Position numbers and translations under genes: made by a program. Shown in pieces: positions 28,843 through 38,469 of a DNA stretch of 64,000 nucleotides. How positions within the stretch are numbered: the first letter of the stretch is position 1; every line of letters begins with the position of its first letter. This DNA comes from Candidatus Blackallbacteria bacterium (GTDB lineage: Bacteria; Cyanobacteriota; Sericytochromatia; UBA7694). Where the stretch lies: the NCBI GenBank assembly GCA_051715345.1, contig JBPXJQ010000040.1, forward strand, positions 92-64,091, read 5' to 3'. Below the pieces are notes generated by a model, which saw nothing but the letters and a program-made list of their open reading frames with translations, was not told the origin of the DNA and ran no database searches.

Positions 28843-29766
28843 ATGAAATTGCTGACTTTTCGGGCGGTTGGCGCCGCGCCCCGTGCCGGACTCTTGCTTG
28901 AACGCCAGGGTCAACCCAAGGTCGTGGATCTGGCCCAGGCCGCGACCAAACTCTGCCACTTAAACCTGCCCGACACCACCCTTGCTTTGCTTCAGGCCGA
29001 TCCTGGCCTGAAGCTTACCCGGCGTGTCTTTGAGGCGCTCAACAGTACCCAATCAGGGGAACAGACCCCAGGTTTTGAACTGGCTGAGATTCAGCTTTGC
29101 CCGCCGGTGATGTTTCCGGGGGCGATGCTGGACTTTTATACTTTTGAGCAGCACGTGGCCACCTGCCGGGCCAAACGGGGGCTGGAAGTGGTGCCAGAAT
29201 GGTACCAATACCCGGTCTATTACAACGGCAACCCCCGCGCTTTAATCGGCCACGGGGCCGATGTGGCCTTTCCCAAGGGCGAGAGCAAACGCGATTACGA
29301 GCTGGAATTGGCGATTGTGATTGGCAAAGAGGGCCGGGATATTCCCGTTGAAAGTGCCGAGGAATATATTGCGGGTTATACCATTCTCAACGATTGGAGT
29401 GCCCGCGCCATTCAGGCCGAGGTCATGAAGATCGGCCTGGGCCCCGCCAAAGGCAAAGACTTTGCCAGCAGTTTGGGCCCTGTGCTGGTGACGCCCGATG
29501 AGATCGGCGATCCCCGCAATTTAACGATGTTGGCCCGGGTCAATGGTGAAGAGTGGTCACGGGGCAATTCGGGCAGCAGCTTTTATACCTTTGCCCAGAT
29601 GATCGCCTTTGCCTCCGAAGGTGTCACACTGTATCCAGGGGATTTGCTCGGTTCTGGCACGGTCGGCACCGGCTGTGGCCTGGAACTGGACAAATTTCTC
29701 CAACCGGGTGACAGGGTTGAATTGGAGATCGAAAAGATCGGGATCCTCACCAATCGCGTGGTTTAA
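28843..29766 (+). CDS. Fumarylacetoacetate hydrolase family protein
   Basis: DFYTFEQH, DYELELAIVIGK, NDWSAR, KGKDF, GDLLGSGT. Confidence 0.92.
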   Translation: MKLLTFRAVGAAPRAGLLLERQGQPKVVDLAQAATKLCHLNLPDTTLALLQADPGLKLTRRVFEALNSTQSGEQTPGFELAEIQLCPPVMFPGAMLDFYTFEQHVATCRAKRGLEVVPEWYQYPVYYNGNPRALIGHGADVAFPKGESKRDYELELAIVIGKEGRDIPVESAEEYIAGYTILNDWSARAIQAEVMKIGLGPAKGKDFASSLGPVLVTPDEIGDPRNLTMLARVNGEEWSRGNSGSSFYTFAQMIAFASEGVTLYPGDLLGSGTVGTGCGLELDKFLQPGDRVELEIEKIGILTNRVV

Positions 29767-29769
29767 GCT

Positions 29770-30567
29770 TTGCGTTTAAAGTCAAAGACAACCACAGAAT
29801 CTCTGCTGCGGGTCTTGGTCTGGGACGAAAATCCCGGCCATGTGCCCCAGGCCGTCTACCCCGAGGGCATACGTGAAACCCTGGCCCAGCTTTTAAGGGC
29901 CCAGTTCTTAAGTACTCCATGTTTTAACGGGTCCCCAGAAAGCGCTTGGGCGATTAATACGGCCCATCTCGATCAGCCTGAACAGGGTCTGCCAGATGCC
30001 CTTTTGGCGGAAACAGACGTCTTGGTTTGGTGGGCCCATTTGCGCCATGCCGAACTGTCTGACAACCGCACAGCGGCCATTGTTGAAGCGGTTGAAACAC
30101 GGGGCCTGGGCCTGGTTGTCTTGCACTCGGCCCATTATGCCAAACCCTTTTTGCAATTGCTCAAGGCCACGGGCCATCTCAAAGGCGGCTGGCACGAAAT
30201 TGGCCAGCCCGAAGAAATTCGGGTTTGCGCGCCCCAACACCCCATTGCCCAAGGCATTTCAGACTTTACACTCCCAGCTGAAGAGATGTATGGCGCGCCC
30301 TTTGAGGTGCCCGCGCCCGAATGCCTGGTTTTTCAATCGTATTTCCCACAGGCCCAGCGCTTTTTTCCCTCGGGACTGGCTTGGAGCGTGGGGGCAGGCA
30401 TCGATCCGAATTTTGCATCTGGCCCCGGAGGGGGACTAGGTCAAGGCGAGGGCCAAGGCCGCATCTTTTATTTTAGGCCAGGCCATGAGGCCCATCCCAC
30501 CTATTTCCATCCCCAGGTACAGGCCCTGCTCTTGAATGCCGTGTGCTGGGCAGGCCACAGAATTTAG
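29770..30567 (+). CDS. ThuA-like protein
   Basis: VLVWDEN, DVLVWWAH, VVLHSAH, EEMYG, FYFRPGHE. Confidence 0.85.
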   Translation: MRLKSKTTTESLLRVLVWDENPGHVPQAVYPEGIRETLAQLLRAQFLSTPCFNGSPESAWAINTAHLDQPEQGLPDALLAETDVLVWWAHLRHAELSDNRTAAIVEAVETRGLGLVVLHSAHYAKPFLQLLKATGHLKGGWHEIGQPEEIRVCAPQHPIAQGISDFTLPAEEMYGAPFEVPAPECLVFQSYFPQAQRFFPSGLAWSVGAGIDPNFASGPGGGLGQGEGQGRIFYFRPGHEAHPTYFHPQVQALLLNAVCWAGHRI

Positions 30568-30585
30568 CCTGGATAGCGCGTTATT

Positions 30586-31056
30586 TTAGTGGGATTCAGC
30601 CACACGGCTGGGATAGAGTTTGACATGGGAGCGCTCGGCCACGGGTTCGCCGGGCAGGCCCCAGAAATAGGTATAACTCAGGGCGCCCCCTTGGTGCAGG
30701 GTGATTAAAATGCGCTCGCGAAAGCCCTCTGAACCGAGCAAATCGCCATGTTCAAAGGTCAAAACATGTTCGCCCATGCTGTTGTACTCTTCTGAGACCA
30801 AGGCATGAGCGACCAGACCGGGGGTATTGTTGCTGATCACCCAGAGGTGAATCAAACCACTGGGATCGGGGGCCAAATAGGTGTGTTCGTGGTGCAAAAG
30901 AGCGGCTTCGCGGCTGGCGGTATATTCCAGCCGCAGGCCATTGCAATGGGCCAGGGGCTCCAGTTTTAATTCTCCCTGAAACCCGTCTCCGTCATGGGCA
31001 ACCCCTTGTCCAATATACCGGCCCTGGCGGTCGCCCAAAATTTGTATCAGACCCAT
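30586..31056 (-). CDS. Hypothetical protein
   Basis: RBS GGAG; 156-aa beta-rich ORF. Confidence 0.6.
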   Translation of the reverse strand: MGLIQILGDRQGRYIGQGVAHDGDGFQGELKLEPLAHCNGLRLEYTASREAALLHHEHTYLAPDPSGLIHLWVISNNTPGLVAHALVSEEYNSMGEHVLTFEHGDLLGSEGFRERILITLHQGGALSYTYFWGLPGEPVAERSHVKLYPSRVAESH

Positions 31057-31077
31057 TGCATTGCTCCTGCCTGTTGA

Positions 31078-31689
31078 TTACTTCAATTCAATTTCAAGTG
31101 TGTATTCGCCGTCCACATCGGCAGGCCCTGTGACCCCAATCAACACATTATACGGGTTGGTGGTGGAATTGAGGGTCACGACACGGTGAAAACCGGGCTG
31201 GCCGACGCGGGCCACATCGTCTTGAAAGCTGGCTTCACAGCTGACCGCTGACGAAATTTTGGGGGGAATGTCAAAGCGGGTGGTTCCGATCTGATAGGCA
31301 TAGAGGCTCATATTTGCACTGCTGTCTTTGGGAATCACGCGGATCACCATTTCGGTGCGGGCGGGCATTTCTACCGAATAAAAGGTGTGGTAGCCCCGAA
31401 ATTTGCTGTTTTGGGTGGCGGTGAAACAGGCCATTGAGCTACTGGAGGCCCAAGACAGATCGCTGACTTCGACACTGTTGTCAAAATTGCCTTGCACAGA
31501 GACCGTTTGCTTGGTTTTGACATCGATCTTTTTGACAGTGCTGGGCCAGGTTTTGGTCGCTGTGACGGTGTTTGAACTGCCTGAACTGCTGCTATTGGTG
31601 CCTTCAAATACTTTGGCCAAATTGGCAGGGGTGTCGCAGGCGCTGAGCAGTAAAAACGAGGCAACGACAAGTGTGAGCGATTTTTTCAT
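31078..31689 (-). CDS. Hypothetical lipoprotein
   Basis: MKKSLTLVVASFLLLSAC lipobox. Confidence 0.75.
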   Translation of the reverse strand: MKKSLTLVVASFLLLSACDTPANLAKVFEGTNSSSSGSSNTVTATKTWPSTVKKIDVKTKQTVSVQGNFDNSVEVSDLSWASSSSMACFTATQNSKFRGYHTFYSVEMPARTEMVIRVIPKDSSANMSLYAYQIGTTRFDIPPKISSAVSCEASFQDDVARVGQPGFHRVVTLNSTTNPYNVLIGVTGPADVDGEYTLEIELK

Positions 31690-31774
31690 AAACATTCCTC
31701 AATGACGTGGTTATAAGCCTTTTGGCGAGACGTTCCATTTTAACACGCTGTAAGAACAGGTGAAAGAGCCGGAT

Positions 31775-32902
31775 CTACACCACATTCAGACACAGCCCCT
31801 CAAAATCCAAAGCCAACTCAAGCGGCGCGATCCCCTGCGCACGCCAGTTTTGAGAGAGTTCTGCGAACAAGGCGGGATCACCCAAGGCCAGGCCGCAGTC
31901 TCCGCCCCCTGCCCCCGAAGATTTGGCTGCCAGCCCTTGGGCCTCTGCAGCCGCAATCAAAGCGACCAGGGCCGGCGTCTCGATCGGTGAGAGAAAATCT
32001 ATTTGCAACTCCTGCAAGAGGTGGCGGTATTGACCCACTGCTTGCAAGAGGGGAGCGTTCTGCCCCTCGATGAGAGCAGAACGGGCAGCTGAGGTGGCTG
32101 CGTTGGCGCTGAAGAGAAAGCGCATCCAGCACTCAGGGTCTTTTTCTTTGAGGTAGCTGATCTCTTCGAGAAAATCCAGGGTGGCAGCAGGATGGCCTGT
32201 CCAGCCCACTTTCAGGCCCAAGTCTGAAGGCCAGGGCAGTTTTTCAATGCCTAATAAGGGCCAATTCACTTCCAGCAGCTTGTTCAAGGGCAAAGCACCT
32301 GGTTTGAGCCAGGAGGCGTCATAGCGCCGGTAACAGGTCACACTGCCAAAGATCACTGCAGCCAGATCGGCGCCACTGCCCCCGCCCTGTGAGCCGCCCT
32401 GTGAGCCGCCCTGTGAGCCACTGTGGGCCAGGGTTGCCAATTTAAACAGTTTTAAACGGGCTTCGTGGCTTTCAAAGGTCTCGCCATGAAAGGCCAACAC
32501 CGCCGCCAAAACGGCCACGGTGACGGCTGCACTGCTGCCCAGCCCCAGTTTGGCCCCGCTGCTGTGCAAATCCGACTGCAGGTGCAGTTGAAAGGGAACA
32601 ATCGCCTGATCCAAACTGCCCAGATAGGCAAAGGCCCATTGCAGGGCCTCACCAACAAAATTGAGTTTGTCGGACTGATTTTCAGCAGGTGTTTGCCAGA
32701 CAATCTGGCCCTGTTCATAACCAAAGCCGATCACGGCTTCTGGCAGCAAATCTGTTTGCAGCGAAAACTGCTCAGCGGGGGCAATTTCCGCATCTAAATA
32801 GCGTTGAAAACTCAAGAGCAAGGCCTGACTGCCAGGCTCTAAAATGGCATATTCGCCCAATAAAAACAGTTTGCCAGGCACCCGCAATTTGAGCGATTTC
32901 AT
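31775..32902 (-). CDS. mvaK2: Phosphomevalonate kinase (GHMP family, Gram-positive type)
   Basis: PGKLFLLGEYAILEPG, KLGLGSSAAVTV, GWTG.PA.T, KSSGAGGGDCG; start overlaps the mvaD stop (ATGA). Confidence 0.88.
   Translation of the reverse strand: MKSLKLRVPGKLFLLGEYAILEPGSQALLLSFQRYLDAEIAPAEQFSLQTDLLPEAVIGFGYEQGQIVWQTPAENQSDKLNFVGEALQWAFAYLGSLDQAIVPFQLHLQSDLHSSGAKLGLGSSAAVTVAVLAAVLAFHGETFESHEARLKLFKLATLAHSGSQGGSQGGSQGGGSGADLAAVIFGSVTCYRRYDASWLKPGALPLNKLLEVNWPLLGIEKLPWPSDLGLKVGWTGHPAATLDFLEEISYLKEKDPECWMRFLFSANAATSAARSALIEGQNAPLLQAVGQYRHLLQELQIDFLSPIETPALVALIAAAEAQGLAAKSSGAGGGDCGLALGDPALFAELSQNWRAQGIAPLELALDFEGLCLNVV
32382..32417. repeat. 12-bp tandem repeat x3 (CCGCCCTGTGAG) within the kinase CDS
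   Basis: Encodes SQGG three times, just before GSGAD. Confidence 0.85.
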
Positions 32903-33912
32903 ACAGCCGGCACCAGAAACGCACCGGGCCCCGGTCGGCAGGGAATGAGGGCCTTGAGTTCGTGCCAATGGGCCAAGGCAGCCTGAAAACGGGGCCAATC
33001 GCGTTCTTGCATCAATACCTTGAGGTTGGGTCCGGCATCTATCGTGGCATAACATTCCAAACCAGATTGCCGCAATTCCCGAATCCGGGCCAATAATTCC
33101 AAGGTTAAAGGCATCCAGTAGATCACCGCCGGGCGCGAGGCCAGGGCTGTGGCATGCATTTTGAGCGCATTGTGTTCCATCAGCTCACCCAGGGCACTAA
33201 AATCGCGGGAGGAAATCGCTTGCCGCATCTGTGCCAGATCTTCGTCGATTGAGGCCAACCAGGCAGGATACAGGGGCGAGGTATTCACGGTTTGGGCCAT
33301 GCCGTCGCCCGAAGACAAAGCCTTGGGCAAATCGTTTAAAACCAATACGGCCATACAGAGATCCCAGTCGGGTTTTTCCACGAGGGGAATGGCATAAGAA
33401 TCAGCCCCATCAGCGGCTTCTCCGCGCTGCCACTCGGCAAAGCCGCCAAAGAGCGAGCGACAGGCCGAGCCTGAGCCTTGCCGGGCCAGCTTGGAGAGTT
33501 CTGGTCGAGAGCGTTCAAGACCTGCGGCGGCAGTTGCCGCCAAGGCCAAGGCCGCAAAACCCGATGCCGAGCTGGCCAAACCGGCCCCAGTGGGAAAATT
33601 ATTCTCACTTTCGATCTTGGCGGCACCAAGATAAGTCTTGCTGGCGCCTGCTGCTTGGTGGCGCAGCAAATCGAGCAAACGCTGAACCTTCAGGCGCATG
33701 GGTTCGCTTGCCAATTGCCCATTGAGCCAGAGTTGATCGGGCCCATTTGATTCGCTGTAGGTCACACGGGTGCGGGTCCAGAGTGCATCAAGGGTCAGCG
33801 AAATGCTGCCATTTTGGGGCAATTTGAGGGCCTCGTCGCGTTTGCCCCAGTATTTGATCAGGGCAATATTGCTGTGGGCCTGGGCCAAGGCACTTTTTAC
33901 AAGTTGTGTCAC
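32899..33912 (-). CDS. mvaD: Diphosphomevalonate decarboxylase
   Basis: NIALIKYWGK, NNFPTGAGLASSASG, GSGSACRS, TIDAGPN. Confidence 0.95.
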   Translation of the reverse strand: MTQLVKSALAQAHSNIALIKYWGKRDEALKLPQNGSISLTLDALWTRTRVTYSESNGPDQLWLNGQLASEPMRLKVQRLLDLLRHQAAGASKTYLGAAKIESENNFPTGAGLASSASGFAALALAATAAAGLERSRPELSKLARQGSGSACRSLFGGFAEWQRGEAADGADSYAIPLVEKPDWDLCMAVLVLNDLPKALSSGDGMAQTVNTSPLYPAWLASIDEDLAQMRQAISSRDFSALGELMEHNALKMHATALASRPAVIYWMPLTLELLARIRELRQSGLECYATIDAGPNLKVLMQERDWPRFQAALAHWHELKALIPCRPGPGAFLVPAV

Positions 33913-34334
33913 AGGGTGTCTTTCTGTGGATTCATCGGTGGTTTGAGCTTGCGCGGGGGGCGGCCCCGGCGGCGGGGCGAAATGGCACGGGTGTTTTTGC
34001 TCTGCAGGCGCTTCACACAGCGGCTCATGGTGGCAATGCTGAGCTGGATCTGCGCGGCTTCAGCAAAGCGTTCACAGAGATCTTGCAGAGTGGCTTGGGG
34101 ATGGGCCTGAATGATTTGTGAAAGCAGGTCCATGCCTTCGTCATCCACACGCAGCTTTTGCCCACCGCCTCTGGGTTTGGGTTCGATGCTGCCTTTTTCA
34201 CGGTACTGTTTCACCAATGCCAGCACAAAACTCAGGCTCACTTCAAAACGGGCGGCAATCGCCCGCATGGAGCCTTGCTGGTTGAGGTAGGCCTGAAGGA
34301 CGCGAATGCGTAGGTCTTCGGAATAGGGTTTCAT
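33909..34334 (-). CDS. IS630-family transposase N-terminal HTH protein without a DDE domain
   Basis: MKPYSEDLRIRV...IAARFEVS...PKPRGG...HPQATLQDL; C-terminal RRRGRPPRK. Confidence 0.75.
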   Translation of the reverse strand: MKPYSEDLRIRVLQAYLNQQGSMRAIAARFEVSLSFVLALVKQYREKGSIEPKPRGGGQKLRVDDEGMDLLSQIIQAHPQATLQDLCERFAEAAQIQLSIATMSRCVKRLQSKNTRAISPRRRGRPPRKLKPPMNPQKDTL

Positions 34335-34379
34335 GGGCTGCTTTTTATCAAGTGTGCTGTAGTTTCAGAATAACACAGA

Positions 34380-34814
34380 CTAGAATGGCTTCACCACGGC
34401 CAGAATCACGACCACAAAGAGAACCAGAGTGGGCAATTCATTGATCAGCCGGGCCTGTTTGGAAGTCAGCTTGCAGCTGCCTGCTTCCAGCTGTTTGCGC
34501 ACCTTGGCGGCGTAATGGTGATAGCCCATTAAACCAATCACAAACAGCAATTTGACATGAAACCAGCCGCTTTTCATAATCACGGGCCAACGGGCGGCAA
34601 TCAGGCCACAGCCCAACAACAATGACACCATCATTGCGGGATTCATAATAATGCGCAGCAATTTGCGCTCCATCACAGCCAGGGTCTGTTTGACCTCGTC
34701 GGAAGTGGCTTCGATGTGATAGACGTAGAGCCTAAAGATATAAAAGAGGCCAGCAAACCAAGCCACCACGGCAATAATGTGAAAGGCTTTGAGCCAAAGA
34801 TAGAGTTGGGCCAT
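34380..34814 (-). CDS. hemJ: Protoporphyrinogen IX oxidase HemJ
   Basis: WLKAFHIIAVVAWFAGLFY, MERKL, WFHVKL, NELPT, KPF. Confidence 0.93.
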   Translation of the reverse strand: MAQLYLWLKAFHIIAVVAWFAGLFYIFRLYVYHIEATSDEVKQTLAVMERKLLRIIMNPAMMVSLLLGCGLIAARWPVIMKSGWFHVKLLFVIGLMGYHHYAAKVRKQLEAGSCKLTSKQARLINELPTLVLFVVVILAVVKPF

Positions 34815-34999
34815 GAAATCAAGTGCTCCTGTGTTCGGTCAAGATTGAGTTGCTAGCAGTATCCCCCGCGCAGGCTTGATTGGACAAGGCGTTTACAGGT
34901 GCTTTGGTGATACAATGAACGGGCTGTTTTTTTGTAAATACTGGCCGTTTTATGTATTTATTATGTGTACAACGGGCTTAAATAGAAAGTGATGTCCCA

Positions 35000-36349
35000 A
35001 TGAAAAAAACACTTTTGACCTTTTTCTTTGGCCTCCAGTTCTCCACATCCGCCCTGGCTGCAAATCTGCCCCCAGAAATTATGGCCTCGGCAGCCCAACG
35101 GGTGGAATATGGCCTCAACCCAGCCCTGGCGATTGTCTATCTCGAAAAGGGGCAGCTCCCAGTGATTCACACCTGGGGCAGACGCAATTTGAGCCCCCAA
35201 TCAGAGGCCATTACGGCACAAACGTCGTTTGAATTGGGCAGTTTGAGCAAACTTTTCACCGCCCTCGAAGCAGCGCTCTTGATCGAACAAAAAAAACTCA
35301 GCCCCGAACAAAATCTCAAGGCCTTTTGGCCCAGCAGCTGGGGTGTTTTGCCCGCTTCGCTGGAAAATATCTCACTGCAGTCGCTGCTGGCCCACCGCTC
35401 GGGACTGCCCCGCTTGCCAGATAATTTTGCCCCAGCCAATCCCGACGACCCTTACCAGGACTATTCCAGACAGAATTTATTGCAATTTTTGTCAGGCTTT
35501 GCGCCCGAAAAAACACCCGCCGCCTATAGCTATTCCAATTTGGCCTACGGCCTCTTGGGCGCTTTGGAAGCAGCACTGAGTGGCAGCCCCAATTACAATA
35601 GCTTATTAAGCCGCGATCTGTTTTCACCCCTGGGCATGAAATCGACAGGCAGCGCCGCTCCTGTGCCACCCCAATTTTTGGCACAGCCCCATTTTGATGG
35701 CATTGCTGTGCCCGCCTGGACCTTTTCCGAGGAAACAGCCGGGGCCGGAGCCTTGCGCTCGAATGCCGAAGACATGGCCCGCTTTTTGCAGGCCCAATTA
35801 GCTCCGCCGCCCACGCTCCTGGGCAAGGCGATCCAACGCAGCCAAATGCGCCTGCCCGGTGAAGACAAACCGCATGTGGCTTATGCTTGGCATATCGTGG
35901 ATTATAAAGGCAGTACGTTGCTTTTTCACAACGGCCAAACAGGCGGATCGCTGAGTTTTATTGGCCTCGACCTCAAACAGGGCAAAGGTGCTGTCGTTTT
36001 AACCAACAATACCGATGCCGTCGAAGATCTCGGCTTGCGCCTGCTCAACCCCAACTCCCCACTGCGCACCATCAAGGACCTGCGCAGGCCGACCGCCACA
36101 CTCGAAAACTATACCGGCCAATACCAACTCGCGCCAGGCATGGTGTTTACCATTACCCAGGCAGCAGGTTATTTACAGGCCCAACTCACAGGGCAACCCG
36201 CGCTGCGGATTTTCCCAACCGACAAGCCCCATCAATTTAAATACCAAGCCGTGGAAGCCGCTTTGACCTTTCAAAGCGACGACAAGGGCAAAATCACAGG
36301 CTTAAATTTGGAGCAAAATGGCCAAACCCATGGGGCCGGGAAAATTTAG
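35000..36349 (+). CDS. Serine hydrolase (AmpC/beta-lactamase-related) with DUF3471-like C-terminus
   Basis: FELGSLSK (SxxK), LLAHRSGL, YSYSN, HNGQTGG; signal peptide. Confidence 0.88.
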   Translation: MKKTLLTFFFGLQFSTSALAANLPPEIMASAAQRVEYGLNPALAIVYLEKGQLPVIHTWGRRNLSPQSEAITAQTSFELGSLSKLFTALEAALLIEQKKLSPEQNLKAFWPSSWGVLPASLENISLQSLLAHRSGLPRLPDNFAPANPDDPYQDYSRQNLLQFLSGFAPEKTPAAYSYSNLAYGLLGALEAALSGSPNYNSLLSRDLFSPLGMKSTGSAAPVPPQFLAQPHFDGIAVPAWTFSEETAGAGALRSNAEDMARFLQAQLAPPPTLLGKAIQRSQMRLPGEDKPHVAYAWHIVDYKGSTLLFHNGQTGGSLSFIGLDLKQGKGAVVLTNNTDAVEDLGLRLLNPNSPLRTIKDLRRPTATLENYTGQYQLAPGMVFTITQAAGYLQAQLTGQPALRIFPTDKPHQFKYQAVEAALTFQSDDKGKITGLNLEQNGQTHGAGKI

Positions 36350-36354
36350 TACCC

Positions 36355-36810
36355 TTACCCGGTGTGTTGCATCGCTTCGGTTTTGATCACCTTGTAGCGC
36401 AATTGCTTTTTGGCATAATAATACTCGACAGTCATGACCTGGATTTGCTCTGGCCCAATCGGCGTGGCAGCTTCAAAGCTCAGAAAGTCTTTTTTCCAGC
36501 TGACCACAGGCTCTTTGCCACGGGCCACATAGGTCTGGATGTGGTGGTATTTTTTGCCATCAAAAAAATAATAGGCGTAATAGAAAAAATCGCCGTGATT
36601 GCCTTCGTCACGCAGGATCAATTGGCGTTTTTTATCTGGGCTGACATAGGTTTTAACCGTGCTGCCTTTGGGCAATTTGGCCACAGTTTCAGTGACCGTT
36701 TCTGTCTGCCAAACCGGGGGAGACGTCGCCCAGGCGGGGAAAGACAGTAAACTCAAAGACAAAAGAGCTGGTAAGAGAGACTTAGCCGTTTTCAACTTAA
36801 ACATGTTCAC
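36355..36810 (-). CDS. Hypothetical secreted protein
   Basis: Signal peptide ending AWA. Confidence 0.6.
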   Translation of the reverse strand: MNMFKLKTAKSLLPALLSLSLLSFPAWATSPPVWQTETVTETVAKLPKGSTVKTYVSPDKKRQLILRDEGNHGDFFYYAYYFFDGKKYHHIQTYVARGKEPVVSWKKDFLSFEAATPIGPEQIQVMTVEYYYAKKQLRYKVIKTEAMQHTG

Positions 36811-36861
36811 AGGGTGGCACTCTTTTCGTGTGAAGGTGCTTCATTTTAGCAGAGAAGCCCT

Positions 36862-37773
36862 TCAAATAAACATCAAGATCCGTTCCAAGCCCACACCACT
36901 GATCAGGCAATTTAAATGCCGATCCCCCCGCAATTCTGCCGCCCAGGGCACCAAGCCACAATCCGCCAGTTCCAAGGTTTGCTCCCCGAAGCGGGCATAG
37001 GTCTTGATCTGAAAACCCTGGTAATAGTCACTGCCCGTTTCGGATTGCAATTCTGCCTGAAATTCACCGCTGTGTTGCAAACACTCCCAAAGGGCCAAAC
37101 CCACCTGTTTGCGCGCAGATTTGAGCCAGAATTTGAGACTCATGTCGTGCAAGCCAAAATGTTGAAACAGGGCCTTTTGTAAAACCAGATGTTTTAAAAC
37201 GGCTTCGAGCACAGGTTCCGTTGCTCGGGTCTGCACAAGTGAACAGGCCGCCAACATCTGAAAATGGGCATAGCGCCCAGGCCCTTCAAACAAGGCTGTT
37301 CGCAGGGTGCGGTGAGAGCAAATCCAATGCAGTTCAGGTGCTTTGGACTGCATTTGCTCGGCAGCCATCAACAGGCAAAGTAAATTGCTGGGATCGGCGA
37401 TCACTTCACAATTACGCAGAGCAGAAAGCACGTTGTTTTGATTGATTCGCCCATAGACCGCAGACGAGCCCAAAGGGGTAACCGGCCCCAATTCGATGGG
37501 CTTAAAGCCCAATGCGGCAGCCAATTTGAGCGCATCTAACTCCCCTTCTTTGAGCGTCAGCGGATCCAAGGTTGAAGGCACAACCAAGCGATTCTGAGAC
37601 AGGCCGGCCAAGAGATCCGCCGGGCGCAATTTGGCGATTTTCTGGCGATAGACCTCCAGCAGCAAACTGCTCAACTCCCCTTGGCTGAGGGTATTTGCCA
37701 GCTGCTCGACCAAGTCTGGGATACCCACTTTGGCCAAAATTTTCTTGAGGGCCGGGTGATTGGGTTCAGGCAT
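36862..37773 (-). CDS. Hypothetical protein with class II aminoacyl-tRNA synthetase-like motifs
   Basis: HRTLRT...HFQML (motif 2-like), LELADCG, ISGVGLERI (motif 3-like). Confidence 0.6.
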   Translation of the reverse strand: MPEPNHPALKKILAKVGIPDLVEQLANTLSQGELSSLLLEVYRQKIAKLRPADLLAGLSQNRLVVPSTLDPLTLKEGELDALKLAAALGFKPIELGPVTPLGSSAVYGRINQNNVLSALRNCEVIADPSNLLCLLMAAEQMQSKAPELHWICSHRTLRTALFEGPGRYAHFQMLAACSLVQTRATEPVLEAVLKHLVLQKALFQHFGLHDMSLKFWLKSARKQVGLALWECLQHSGEFQAELQSETGSDYYQGFQIKTYARFGEQTLELADCGLVPWAAELRGDRHLNCLISGVGLERILMFI

Positions 37774-37784
37774 GGGGATTGTCC

Positions 37785-38345
37785 TCAGGCCTCTGGCAGT
37801 TTGAGGCCAAAATGCTTTTGGATCACACCAACATAATGGGCGTCACCGATGGGCCAAGGTTGTTCGAGCAGGTATTCTTTGCGCTCCCAGAGGGTGCGCA
37901 GGTTTTCAGCCCGTTCCTCAAAATCGTCTCCACCTTCGTCTTCGACGATGAATTTGAGCATTTCCAAAGCCTTGGCCAAATTGGCCTGGGAAAAAAGGCT
38001 ATTGTCTTCCCAAGGCTCTCTCTCGCCGGCCACGGCCAACCAGGTACTTTCACTGCCATCGGAACTCCAGCAGAGCTTGCGCAATAATTGCCCCTCACGG
38101 CTGTGTTCGTAATCAAATTGGTCATTGCGTGAATCGATACAGAGAAAGATCACCTCACCAAAACGGGCTGAAAGATCCAAGGTAAAATCGTCATCTCCTT
38201 CAAAGAGCCCATCGACAAAATCGTTGCCATAATTGCAGACCTTCCAGTCTGAATCGGGAGGGGTTTGAATACGTGCAAAGCGTTTGCGGAGTTGCTCATC
38301 GCTGGCGGTGGTCTTGAGAAAATAAGCGCTATAAAAGACACCCAT
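37785..38345 (-). CDS. Acidic hypothetical protein
   Basis: 186-aa ORF after RBS GGAG; cotranscribed with the next gene; start at 38345 or slightly upstream. Confidence 0.65.
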   Translation of the reverse strand: MGVFYSAYFLKTTASDEQLRKRFARIQTPPDSDWKVCNYGNDFVDGLFEGDDDFTLDLSARFGEVIFLCIDSRNDQFDYEHSREGQLLRKLCWSSDGSESTWLAVAGEREPWEDNSLFSQANLAKALEMLKFIVEDEGGDDFEERAENLRTLWERKEYLLEQPWPIGDAHYVGVIQKHFGLKLPEA

Positions 38346-38469
38346 GTCAAATCGTTCTCCTTGCCTGAATAACGTATAAAGAGCTGCGAACTGCTAAAAC
38401 CTCACTCATCATACGCTTTTCAGAAAAAAAAACAAGGTCTTCAGCCCAATTTGGACTTTAAAGCGCGTT

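Noticed and set aside
33909-34370. Complete IS630 element
   Set aside because: No DDE ORF and no matching second end found.
35000-36349. Bona fide antibiotic-resistance beta-lactamase
   Set aside because: HNG replaces KTG and an extra C-terminal domain is present; typical of peptidase/esterase members of the family.
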